Positions 49,544-62,132 of a stretch of 64,000 nt of DNA are shown piece by piece (the first letter of the stretch is position 1; the number at the start of each line of letters is the position of its first letter). The DNA is taken from the NCBI GenBank assembly GCA_036172245.1, contig JAYWIR010000010.1:1550001-1614000 (forward strand). The letters run 5' to 3'. The stretch comes from Raillietiella orientalis (lineage: Eukaryota). A program made the translations under genes and the position numbers. A model generated the notes under the pieces. The model saw only the letters and a list, made by a program, of their open reading frames with translations. It had not been told where the DNA came from and did no database searches.

Positions 49544-52500
49544 ACTATCAGTTGGAAACATTCCATTGGTTTGGCCTCTGTGGTAGATTTTCATTTCAGC
49601 ATTTTTCACTTTCGGTTTGAAAAATATTAAAATATGACACTGTGATCGTCACAACGATAACATGGGTAAATTACGTATATATCACATCTGATACCTATGA
49701 TCACATCATTGGTGAATTCTTTGCGTGTCTCTTGTTTTCCTTTTCTTCTACGATGAAAACTCCAGCAATTTGTATGGAATGAAAGCTGTACAGATATTTT
49801 GAAAACCAAGGGCATCATCGCAGAATGTAAAAGAACCGTGGCTCACCGTGGATAAAGCTGGCTTATAAAAGTGAATACAATAACGTCGTTTTTTCCAATT
49901 CTCGTCAACTCTTCATTCCCGTTACTTGAGGAATCGATGAACTGTCTGCGAGAACGACTGATTTCAAGAGGTCTTCTGCTTTCGAAACTTTATTTCCAAA
50001 AGAATTTCTCTTAGATTTATAATGAAGAGATCACTGATTTCATCGTTTGTGAGATAGCCTTGCGTTGTTTCGCTAGCAGTGACGACTTTAGTCTCCATAG
50101 TGATTCTTCTTATCGTCATCATGATTCCTTTATTACAATATCCAAAGCAATTTATGAAACTATTTAGGGAATAATTGAAGAAGTGTATTCTTCAGGCTGT
50201 TGTTGACTGTAAACCGGCCATCATCTGCTATCTGTTCTGTTTGTTTCTTCCCTCATCATTATTTACCAATCGAACTGGAGATGCTTGACGGTATATTACC
50301 GCTGCTCCAGATATTCGTTCACCTCATGGCTTTTGTCTTTGCCTTCAAAGGAAGTGAGATTGAAATTAATGCACTCAAAGTAAACAAAAGAGGAATCATC
50401 TTCAATGCCCACTGACTTTCGTTTCTCGATCTTTGTTCCTCCGATGCAACTTGCTGTTTCTATTGAGATGCACTGGCTGATATTGTTTCCCTCTTCAGAA
50501 GAAGAATGAAAATCTTGAAACGCGAATTGTGGCAGGGGAATGTCAGCTTGGAAGCTGTCGGCATAAATTAAAGCATGAAGCTAAAAGCAGGATCATAATT
50601 TTCTCCTGCAAGAGTGCCCGGAGGAGCACTAATTAGTGTCATGTTTGATAAGTGCTATAGTCAAACCTATTAACAATTTTTTTTCAAATTACAGCAAATG
50701 ACGGACTGCAGCCTCACGGGAAATAAAAGGACAGAGCCAGAGCTGCCAGACTCCGCTTGCTGCTAATTTTTGGACGCTGCTGCCGCGTACAGCCCCGTTT
50801 GGGAATTGCCAGTACAACACAATTCTAGGAAATTGAGACGAATTCGATCTTTTTTACATAGGGGATTGTTCGACGTGTCAAATAACTATCTATGCATGTT
50901 TTCAAGAACGTTTTGAAAATACAACCGAGATGCACGTTTGCATGTGTCGGTTGTATTGGAACAGGAAGGCCCGAAGCTCTGTCGTAAACAGCACGCACGG
51001 GACCAGAAGGCAGCTAAATAAATTGGACTATGGGAGTAGGGCCTGCAGCAGACAAAAGGCAAAAGAAAAAGAAGAAGAAAAACCCTCAAAAGAATGTAAT
51101 TCCCAAGACAAACTTGCGTTGCATCGTTTAACCCTGCTCAAATGGTTGCTTCCTGATTCATGTTAAGTAAATCAGCGGATCTTCATGATGCGAATAGCTG
51201 TGAAATATTGTGAAACAAATCAAGACGTATCAGGGCATTGTGTTGCAGCGAAAATCAAGGAAGTGTTCATTTTTCAAAGTGTGAATCGTTTTGATCGCTC
51301 TTCATTAGAGTGATGAGATCATGGAGGAGTGCCAATGTAATTCGAGGGAAGATGGCTTCGGAATATTTTTGATATGTTTCGAGTAATCCAATCAGTACAC
51401 AGCCATCTCATGAAGCGATTTATTCTGGCTCTCTAGTGTAGGTTTCCAAAAATGGATGACATCTAGCGAATTGGATCTGAAGATTAGCGTACTTGTTTTT
51501 ATTGGAACTTCACGAAAATTATAGGAACCTATTACTACATCCATGAAAGTCAACTATCAGAATGTCAGCAAACATTTATAAATACTAAAGAACTACATAC
51601 ATACATCGATACGTTAAGTATAAGAATTCGTGTCATAAATTTCTCTTTTTGTTGTATCGAAAAGAGACTGCTTAATGCGTGAATGTGTTGATGTGACTTT
51701 CTAGTCATTTTTATTGCCGTTGAAATAGGTGGCCTATTACCAAAAGTAGTAATTTCCTCGTTCTCATATTTTCACGGTTTGCTTTCAGCCAAAGGCCCAG
51801 ATCATTGTTCCTTTTTCTTTCTTCCTTTTCGCAAATGTCAATGTACCACGTGTTGATCAAATTGCATTGTACAGAAAGTGCCATGCATTACTCTACGCTT
51901 AGCAATTGCTAGTTCCGAGTTCAAGTACTGATTAACGAGTGCTTTGTCACCAACGGCCCAGGTTCTTCGACTTTACAAATTTCCTTTTTGTGCATGACTT
52001 AAGAACGAGTTGATTCTTAGCATAGTCATTAATGAACTTGCTAAGAATCAACAAGCAATCATTGCCCATTTCATACTCTCAGCTCGTTTTCTGAACAAAT
52101 CTCCAGTTTTGCTGGAATCTTAATCGAGTTTCGTCGGATTTCTTCTGCTTTTATCTACCATTTTGTCTTGTGAATTTAAACTCTCACTGTGAATCTTGGA
52201 CCGTAAGGAAATTGAAAATGCCTCCGATTTTCATTAGCAACGGATCAGTGGAGTTCTGTTGTTGAATTCTTCCAGGTGACCACCTAAAATCCCAGTGGCT
52301 TTGAAAGTCGACTTTTTAAGTGCTTGAAGTAAAGATAGGCGATCGCTTTCTCAAATCCACAATTCAACTTTTTTTTTTTTCCTTCGCGAAGAGAATGCTC
52401 GATTATTTGCACTCTTGCTTGGCAAGCTCAATTCCCAGGGCTGCCAAATGAAGCTTAAAAGCAGACGCTGCATCCCTAATATTCCCAACTTCGTCATTGC

Positions 52501-54007
52501 TCATCAGATAGTTCTAAAACTCCCATTCTTCTGAAATGCCAAATCTTGAATTTTTCTTACTTAATTCATTCGAATTTGTTTTTACATTCACGGAAACACC
52601 AATATGGTGCCTGCATACTTTGATGTTTGAGTTGATTTTCGGTCATCGGGGAACACGGTTACGTCACTTGTGAAATTTGGGAGGTTTGCATAGTCTCAGT
52701 TTTCCTATATCCTTATGATTTGTCAATTGCATTCGATCCCGAAGTACCTACTTTCATGTTATCTTTCGGTTCCTTAATTTCAGTAATCTCTGTCTCTTGT
52801 TTTCTCTTTATGCTTCTGTTTTCTGGTTTTTCTTTCTTCCTAGTCCCCCTCCCCCACTCTTTTTTTTTTTTTTTTCATTCTTCGAAAACAGAAAACATTT
52901 GCATTTTACTCATAATGTCAGTTTCGGTTTTGACGCTCTTTCACATTATCAAAAGAAAAGTGAGCTCCATCATCATGCGAGGTCAGTAATGTACAGTGAC
53001 TGACCTGATTACCAGCCTTCATTAAACTTGGGCTTCGAAAACTGAACCAAGGATGAAAAAATGAATTCCATGATTGTAAGTGCATACATAAGCAAGACAT
53101 TTGCAGCAAAAAAAAATTAAGATTCCTGAGGTTACATTATAAGCACGTGCTTGGAAATGTGATCCGTAAGTACAGATACTTGGAAAGTTATCAAAATGAG
53201 AACTCTGCAAAAACATCCGTACGCATGAATTACTCTTCTAATAGCAAATGCATAAAATGCACATCCACTGTGGCATTTATTGAAATCAGTTTTCAAAAAT
53301 CGACTGTGATGTGGATCAGTTGATTGAAGAACTGCTACTTCCTAGGTGAAACTACCAGACAAGTATGCAGGTGGAGCTTTCATAAAACCTGAATTTTAAG
53401 AGACACGAAAATACACTCAAATTTTACTTCTCTCCATTGGCTCTGAAAGCAGGAATCCTATTTCAGATTGCTTACCAGAACTCACGTAGTTTTAAACACT
53501 AGGGAAGGATAAACGTGAAAAAATCTTTCGGGATCCCGTGTAATAAGAAAACCGAAATTGCAGTATCAGCGAAACTGCGCAGGCACAATATTCATTGCCG
53601 AAAACAGTGGTGCAATCCCTCAAGAGTTCAGAAACTATAAAATACTACTATTTCTGAACTTAGCTAACATGACACACTCACTGCATTATCTGAAGCAAAA
53701 GCTTGACAGCGACCATAAGTAGCTTTTTCAGCTGGCCTTTGTACTGCTTGCAGCTTTTTCCTCTGTTTAAGAATCGCAAGTGTTAAATCACAGCAGATGA
53801 CAGATATCTACATTTGAAGCTTTCAATGTAGAGCAGCAGGCCATTTGCAAAAATGATGCCATCATTAAAACTCGCCACATTTAACGACAAAAACGTGAGT
53901 TACCTCCTTTTGTGGTACCAGGTGAAGCAGAATGCAAATGACATTCAAATGCAAAATATCACATTCAAATGAAAACACCTTGTCTCGAATTCAAATGACA
54001 AAGTGTA

Positions 54008-54013
54008 TTTATT
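54008..54013 (-). terminator. Candidate poly(A) signal of ARMT1
   Basis: AATAAA on the minus strand about 420 nt downstream of the stop. Confidence 0.35.
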
Positions 54014-54429
54014 ATTAGTGACAAACAGAATATAGATGCATGGAAACTTTGGGTCGAAATATTGGAACCATTGGTGCTAAGCCACATGTATTCCAAACTG
54101 CTATGCATATGCTAAACAAATATTCTCTCCTTTGTAGTAGTGGCTAGCATATGAAGTAATGAAAAAAAAAAAAAAAAACAGAATGGACTGAGAGACCAGT
54201 CAATTCTAAACTGAAATTAATTATGCATCATTTGTATTATTTGAGAACAACAAACAGAGATCACAGTGGAACAAATCCTTTTAACGGCATATAGTTCCAC
54301 AGGTAAACTTATATTAAACAAAAACCTCCTGCTTGCAATTACACAGGTAATTGTGTACCAATCTTGGATGTATCCCTCCAGAATGTAAGCAAATATCTTT
54401 TAACTAATGGTGTTGTTACAATGAATGCA

Positions 54430-56327
54430 CTAAATTCGCTTTGGGCTAAATTGCATCACTGCATAATTGCCTGAAGTCATCCAGGATTCATCCCTGTGCC
54501 TCATTTCTTCTGCTACTCCTTCTGCAAGCCCTACAATGGTCTCAGCTTTGAGTGTACGACATGCAAATATGGGAGCAGGATGGAATCCCAAAAGAGCAGT
54601 CTCAAATGGTGTAGTTGGTGGCCACTGGAGATCTGTAGTCAGCTTGCGGTAATTGAGATCACCTTTGAATATCAGAAGTCCATAACCAGATAGATGCTTG
54701 TATAGCTGTGGTCGAATATTCATCATCTGTGAATAAGCATGGGGAAATGTCCAGAAATCATCATCATATATTCTCCACTTGCAAGAATTGAAATAATTTC
54801 TCCAACGTGTAGCAAGAAAAACAAGATGATTTGATGGTTTTTCAGTAGTTTCTGTTTGCTGATAATGAGTGCCATCCTTTTTATGAATGTAATCCAGCAT
54901 CCACATTAAATCTTTTCTCATGCAGTCTGAGACAAACCAGGGATGGCACTTGACATGAAATTCCACAGTGCTAACAAATCCCAATGAAATTAGGACATCA
55001 GCCAAACAAAGATCAGCAAATATTTCAAAACCCATATTATCCACAACAAAGCCTAGTCTGGAGTTGACACTCTATTACTCTCCTTACTCACCCAAGGACA
55101 ATCCTCTGTTTTCATCAAGGTATGTCCACAGAAGATCAAAATCATCTGCTACTATGAAAGCATTGAAATCATTTACTTGTTCTAGAGGATCATTCAGTTG
55201 TGGTGCAAGAGCACCAGCAGACAAACATGTGTCACATTTATTACTCCAAAGAGAAATCTGTGCAAACTGCTTTTAAAATATGATCACAAGGGACAAATCC
55301 TAACCTTCAGCAATTCATATATTTTAGTTTTCAAACCTTGTTTCTGATACCAGTCATTATCTATCTGGTGTACTAAAAAATTTGCTAAAATTTCAATTGC
55401 TGGTAAAGACAACAAAAAGCCACCTTCTTTCTGTTCTCCAAATGGATCATAATCCTTAAAATATTTGCTAAACGGTAACTGAAAGTTGTTTCTTCTAAAT
55501 CTTACCTAGAAAGGAATGCTTCCCATATTCTCCTGTATAAGTAGCATTCCACAAATAACCAAGATGAAGTAAACCAAAAGGCACATTTCTTGCCATCTGC
55601 TCCAATTGTTTCATTCATACTCAACCACTCATTCCATACAGCAGCATGAGTGGAGTGAGAAGGAAGAGGAGTAATTGGTTTGTTTGTAAGCAACTCACTA
55701 CGAAGGGCAGCCAGCCCATTGATTAAGGTCAGCAGATCATCTTTGCAATCCTTGTAAAAACAAATTAGAATTCAGCTATTTTTTTTTTTTCTTTATTTGA
55801 ATCTTAATATGATGACTGAATATGCCAAAACAAAAGTTTTTGTAAACTTATCAAACAAGCATATTAAAGAAACTGTTTGAGTATAGTTTATCAGTATTAA
55901 ATGGGAACTTCAACTGTAATCCTCTCAGATACAACACTTCCAACACCTAACTGAAAATGCTGACAAGGAAAAAACTTTTCAGATGAGCATCAAAATAACA
56001 AAGTGAATATCCATCGTGCAATGGTGCTTTCATCTCTCAATCAAAAGTAATGCAAAAGTAAACTTCTGAGTAGATACGTTTACAATAATTCTTACCTCGC
56101 CGTATTTCTCTTTGATCACATGCTTGAATCTACTTAAATGATCAATAATTCTTGTCACAATAGTAGGCTGTCTCTCTTGCATAGTGATGTATGCAAAGGA
56201 TCTGAAGACATATTATTGACTGAATTTACTCTATTCAGACATACCTTTCAGTACTTGCTGTGATTCGTGGATAAGGTGTTAATGGTAAACCTGGAAACAG
56301 ATTGATATTCTCGTTCAAAACGTTCAT
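54430..56327 (-). CDS. ARMT1: Damage-control phosphatase ARMT1 (DUF89), about 461 aa; complement join(56327-56245,56201-56096,55750-55506,55467-55305,55257-55092,55052-54430); N-terminus ambiguous
   Basis: Motifs SFAYITMQER.PTI, WF..SWLFVECYLYRRI, YDPF..QK, ISLWSNKCD, VVDNMGFEIFADL, PWFVSD, IFKGDLNYRKL, RTLKAE; all introns GT-AG with consistent phases. Confidence 0.94.
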
Positions 56328-57895
56328 TTTCCTCTCTTTCATTAATCTACGGAACAAAGAACTCGAAAATACAGTTTGGTTTACCTTTCTGAAACAGATT
56401 GTCCAAATTTTTTATTTCACTGCTATAGAAATCTAACAGAAGCATTCTTTGCGGCATCAACGTATATGGGGAACGAAAGTCATATGCATCCCTTTCAAGA
56501 CTTTCAAACACCTCTCAAGCTATTCTTATTTTAATGATAATTCACATACGATAAACACTTTATTGGTTAACTTTCAAAGATCATGTGAAGGCAAGCTACA
56601 CATAAAGTTAGAAAAATGACATGCTGAGTCCTTTTCAGACTTCACGTGCCTATCGTTGCTTATTTGTTGATTTCACAGGATCGATGCCGACAAAAAACTT
56701 CTACTGTGCTACTTATCTGCTCTTTACTGTGCAAAAAAAGTGCTGTACGCTGTAAAGGAAGTGCAGTGCATCGAATGTCCTGCCTTCGTACTTCCCAATA
56801 AAGCTGAATGTAAAATGAAGGCTCCCGTGAACGACACGTACACACTTTGAATGCGTGCCGGCACGCTTTTCGCTGGCAACCCTGAACACGTGCCAGGTCA
56901 TCCCATGCTCGATGGGATTCGGCATTAGGCCGTACACGTCGCCAAACACCATTCTTAGCGGAAACGCGCGTATCTCCCTCACCGGCCTTTGCTTCTATCG
57001 GTCTTTCACTACGCGTTCCCTCGGGACCCTTTCCTTCCCGGTGTTCCCGTGCACGCGTGCTGCCTGCTCCACTTCCGGTATCCCGCGATCGTCGCAACCC
57101 GTGCGTCTCGCGGCGCGCAGCATCCTCGCCTCGGAGCGATGCTCTGCGGGGGTCATCCTGCAGTCCACCGTGGCTCACCCTATCTTTTCTTCGGCCGGCC
57201 CTTGCATTTGTGATCGGAACAGTGACCTTTGCTGCGCCCCTCAACTCCTCGATGCTGCAATCTCTCCAAATCATAGCTCGTGCGTGTTTAACCACGAAAT
57301 TCAAGACTCCCTAATCAAGGAATCACAATCGTCCTCCGATCAGGGCTTCGGTTGATGGTTCTTTTGCCCAACGAGCGGCACCGCGATCGAAACTCTTACT
57401 CTTAAGTTTCCAGACTTCGATTCACAGTATCAGAGCCCCGTTTCCCTTTCAATAGGGCACCGTCTCCAGAATATTTCCAAATGCATTTGGGGGCACAGAA
57501 GTGAACATCATCAAAACTGATGCCATTCACGAACGTGAGCAGCAGGTTGACGTTGCATTTCGTGGCATATTTCACACATCCATTTTTCATCCATCCCCAT
57601 CCAGTGCCCTGAGATGATTTTTATGAAATTCAATCTCTTATATAAACATAGTAACACTGCCAAATACGGAATTCAAACAAACTCTTCACAGACTTGTGGA
57701 ATTTCCGGAATTAATGACTCACACATTCAAGAATCAAGAATTAGAAATCGATGATTAGAAAAAGACCGTAATCAATTAGCAGCTCGACTTGGCATATTCC
57801 ATGAATTTATAGGTCCCTCTTGTGATGGCAGTCTTTCCGATTCTCTGTGTTTTACTGAAACCGCGTGTGATAAAGTACGGAGGAACTCTTTCATC

Positions 57896-57929
<34 letters not shown>

Positions 57930-58499
57930 GGTACTTTTGAAATGATGCAATTGCATTTGAAGAACGTCTAAACGCAAGGCATGCAAGCAGTCCTACCACT
58001 TCATCGTCTGAAAATTGCCTGAGAAATTGCGAAATTTAGGTCATCCTTTCTGAAAATAGGATTTCAGGCTTCAGTACCACGGTAACTTTGCTTCGTTCTG
58101 GTTTGGGACGCGGTTGCTGCTCTTGGACAAAGTGTCTAACAAAATGCAAAAACACCCCCAGGCTCCTTTTGCTTATCTCCTTTACGGGAACTTTGTAACT
58201 ACTTTATCGCTAGCAATCGTTCCATTAGTGTATATCTGGGAATCTTCGGTCATACGAATGACCTCAGTTTATTAGAGGAAAATTTTTCCATCCTACCCTT
58301 TCGATTTTCATTTGTATAAGTTCTTTTTGTGAGGGCTCGATCTGGAAAAAAATTGAGGTGTCTTTAAGAATGTTTGAAAAAGGAAACAAAAGCAGAAATC
58401 GATTTTCAAGATATGTTTGGTCGTCCCTTATCTTGTATTCTTGCAATCAATTTAGAGTGCCAAGTACTCAGTTCACGTTACTATCCTCTAAAGGAGAAA

Positions 58500-58900
58500 C
58501 AACAACAGCAAAAAAACATGCGTTTCCTTGGCATCCACCAGTCCAGTGTATCCGTATCACAAGCACCTCAATGAACCCATTTCCACAGTGGTCTGGAAAC
58601 TGGAAAGCGACACTTCCGGAATCTTGTTTGAGGCCACGGAGTCGCGAAAGTTTTCAATCGTCTCCAGAATGTATTCAGTGACACAAAAGGCCTACCCTTT
58701 GTGGTTCGGCGAAAAGTTTTCGGATGGTTTCCAGGGCCACTTGGAAGCGTAGCCACAACAGTCTGAAAAGCAACTTTCCCTTTCATCCAGCAGTTTTGGA
58801 AGAGCAAATTTAGTGGTTAGTGCGATCAGGATATCGGGATTGCCCTCAATGCCACCAGATTTTAAGAAATAATCAGACGGTGGTGACAGGAAGATAGGCA
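58500..58900 (-). mobile_element. Decayed LINE-like RT N-terminal fragment
   Basis: KSGGIEGNPDIL then, after a frameshift, LFQNCWMKGKV..VATLP..GRPFVSLNTFWRRL (cf. K.PGPDGIP..LFN.CW..G.VP..LPK..YRPISLLN..KIL). Confidence 0.5.
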
Positions 58901-61900
58901 AAGTACCAGTACGGTTAACCAAACCAAGTCAAAGTAAAGAATCGAACAAACTCAGTTTGTGCAGCAAAGTAGCCCGGGAGCCGACGTTACCACGAGCTCT
59001 CTAACGAGACCACGGCTCCATCTCGAACGAGCGAACGGAATGTGGTGAAAAGCGAAGGAAGAACGAGGCTGCGGTATCGGAAGTTTCCGGATCAGGGGCA
59101 ACCTCTGTGATAGAGAGAGAACCAGGAACCCGAGAGCCGGCGTCCTCGGGTTCGCAGCAAGCGTGGATTCCGGAACACCCTTGCATCGAAGATCCGCTGC
59201 TCCCAGAGAGGACCTTTCATCGAGCGTTCTCCTGCAATGAAAGATGAAAAGGGAATCCGTGGGCTTACGTGAATCTGGACAATGGCGCCTTTCTGCAAAC
59301 GGGTGGTCAGGGTGGAGGTGGAGAGCAGGAGCAAAGGGGAGTTGTCTGTATCACATGGAAAGGCAAGCAGGAAGAGAGGCATTTCCCGTTTGATGACGTG
59401 AAACTCATCAGACGAACCTGAGGTGAAGAGTTGGGAAGAGTGCAAGGAGAAAGAGAATGCTCATCGGCTTCCTGAAGGCACGGGAGCTTCGTGGTGGTGG
59501 GGTATCTCTTGAAGCATTTAGCGTGGAGAAGGCAATCAACCCTGATGCAGTGCTGAGTTCCAGAGGTCGGCTGGGAATCAGCGGATCTCCCACTCCATCT
59601 CTTGGACGCGAGTGGGGTTGCCCGCTGTGGACCGGCAGGATTCCAATCAGCAGACGAGGGGAGGGCACGCTCGTCGTGATGCTGTGAAGGGGTGTCACAG
59701 CTACCAGGACATAATTCCGTGGAGGAAAGTGGAGACATCCTTATCACGGAGTCTCATTCTGAAGACTAGAGGAGCAGTTCTTTGCTAGGGCAAAGACCCA
59801 GCATGCATGTCAACCATCTTTCACTTTTTTTGCTGTGGGTTCCCAGCAATTCCTCTGCCTGAAGGCAGGGTACCACTCCCAACCGTCTCCAAACAGTTCC
59901 TCTCTAGGAGGATCATACCAGGGAGTGGAGGCAAACATCGAGAGGCAAGCAGAGCAGAGGATCTTGCTCGTTCAGGATTCTAGAAGATTACGTGAAGACA
60001 ACGAGAGAAGCAGCGAGGAAATCCAACGACCTCTCGCCTGTTCTTAGATCTCTTAATAGAAGTTGCTAATGGTGTACCCTATCCACGCCCATCTCGAGAG
60101 GTCATTCTCCCGATTCATGGGTCCATGGGATTTCTGGAGCGTGAGTGCTCTTTTATAGGAATTTTTCTCAGTTTCCGATCCTCGTTCATTCGTGTTCCAG
60201 GACGAGCGCTTGAAGCTCGCAACGAAGAAGCATCCGCCAGTGTTTCCTGCTCCTTCCAGTGCGCAAAGGTTCGTCCATCCCGGAGGATGTTGCAGTCTCT
60301 GAGCTTCTCCGACATTTCTTCCCGATGGAGTTTCGCACCGCGCGAGGAAAAGGCATGTGATCTCTTCCCCACTCATGGTTGATGCTCTCATCGTACCCCT
60401 GCAAGCTTTCTCGATGCTTGCAGGAGGCGGCGGCGGCGGTTTTGTCGACGATGCGGCGGGTGCTGCCATCTGCAGAGAACTCTCCCCCCGCCTCCTCCTC
60501 TGCGGGAGAGCGGTCGCGCAGCGCGCGCCGTATATCCCCAGAGTCGAAGATCCAAGCATCTGCTGTGCCTTCTGAGGATTGGCGGGGAAGAGGAAAGGAG
60601 GTGGAGAGCAAAGCACCACCGGCTCTGCGACCCATTGCAACAATCTGGCGCGGATGACCCCCTCCCACGGCAGTTCCCCATCTATGCATCTTGGATTTCA
60701 GCAACAGCGAGCACTCCAGACGTCCTCGGTCCAAAGGATTTTCAGGTGAAGCTCAATGAGGACGAAATAGTCGGCCTCCGGCTGCTTCCTTCGGGGCTCC
60801 GCCTTTCTGGGCGGCGGCGATATCGCAGGAGGAGCTGCGCTTTCTTTCCAGCGGCATATCTGCTCCTTCTCCTCCTTCCTCAACCGCCCTTTATCCCCTT
60901 CGGCAGTTCTCCATTCCGCTACCTGGCCGGTCCGAGGACGAGTGGCAGCCTCGGACCTCGGCCTGCTCCGAAGGGCTTCCCGGTTCCGAAGTTCCCATGG
61001 ACTGCCCCTGCTTTCTCTGATCCCAGTGGAATTCCTGCAGAGGTCAGCGGGACTGTGGGAGTGCTCTCCTTTCAGAAGTTCCAGAAAAGAAGAGAGGACC
61101 AAGATGGTCCTCTCTTCTTGGTCTGGAGTCCCCTTGGTCTGGAAAAGGGGGAGTGCTCGGGGAGAGTCCATCACCATGGAGGTCGCGAAACCGCTCCGGG
61201 AGGCCTGAGGTGGGCAGCAGAGGAAGGAATTTCGTCGCATGGCTCGCCCTTAGGGGACCGTTGCCTTGAGCAATGACTCGGAAGAGAAGGAAGGCGGAGA
61301 GAAGTGGATCTGAGGTGCAGATCCCTCGAGGGGCTAAAGGGGAAAGGAGCTCCTTTCTCCCCGATGTCGAGGTCCTCTCGCTCGATCCTGCTTTCTGGCG
61401 GCGTCTCATGCTGACGTCAGCATCCGGAAGGGGAGGAGAGGCAAATGGGAAAAGCGCCTGGGACGAGTTGGATGGCGAACTCTGCCCCGACAGCGCTTTC
61501 TCCCGGAGAGAAGGGCAGTCTCCCACCATCCTCTCGACCTACGGGCGCTCCCTGTTCCTTCGTTCTCCTGGGAGAGCCGACCCACGGCAGATCGATTCTT
61601 CTTCCTTCCCCATGCTCCCCATCATCTAGCAGTGGCGCGTTCGGGGGCCGAGCTTGCCGGTCGCCTGGAGCTCATGTGCAGGGAGACCTGTCTTTCCTGG
61701 AGAAACAGGGCGGGCGAAGGAGGCAAAAGCAGGCATGCCCTAAGTTCCAAGAGGGAGGGGTGGGTCTTCCAAGACAGTGCACTCCTCAGCGGAGTCAGCT
61801 GTGGGTACTGTCCCGACCTCCCATTCTTCCTCGTGGGGTGCGGGCTGTTTTCCCGCAGGGTGCGCTTGGTCATGGGATGTGTGAGGGTGGAAAAGAGGGA

Positions 61901-62132
61901 AAGACCCAAAAGAGACGCTCTTTCCTTCGGAAGTGCCGAAAGCTCTCCTGCTTGCACACTCTCTTCCTTCATTCCTCTTTCCCAGAGACCGTCCGTTACC
62001 GCGCTCTCCTGCGGTCCGTCCGCTCGCCCGCGAGACTCTCGGCGGTGGCGCCTGCGCATCGCCTCTCGCGGCGCCGCCAGGATCGCTCTCGGACGCTTCC
62101 TGCCGTCCTGTTCCCGGAGCAGCAGGGGAGCG

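Noticed and set aside
56660..57355. 214-aa (-) and 166-aa (+) ORFs upstream of ARMT1
   Set aside because: Coincide with a GC/CpG-rich patch, more likely promoter or repeat DNA; translations unrecognisable
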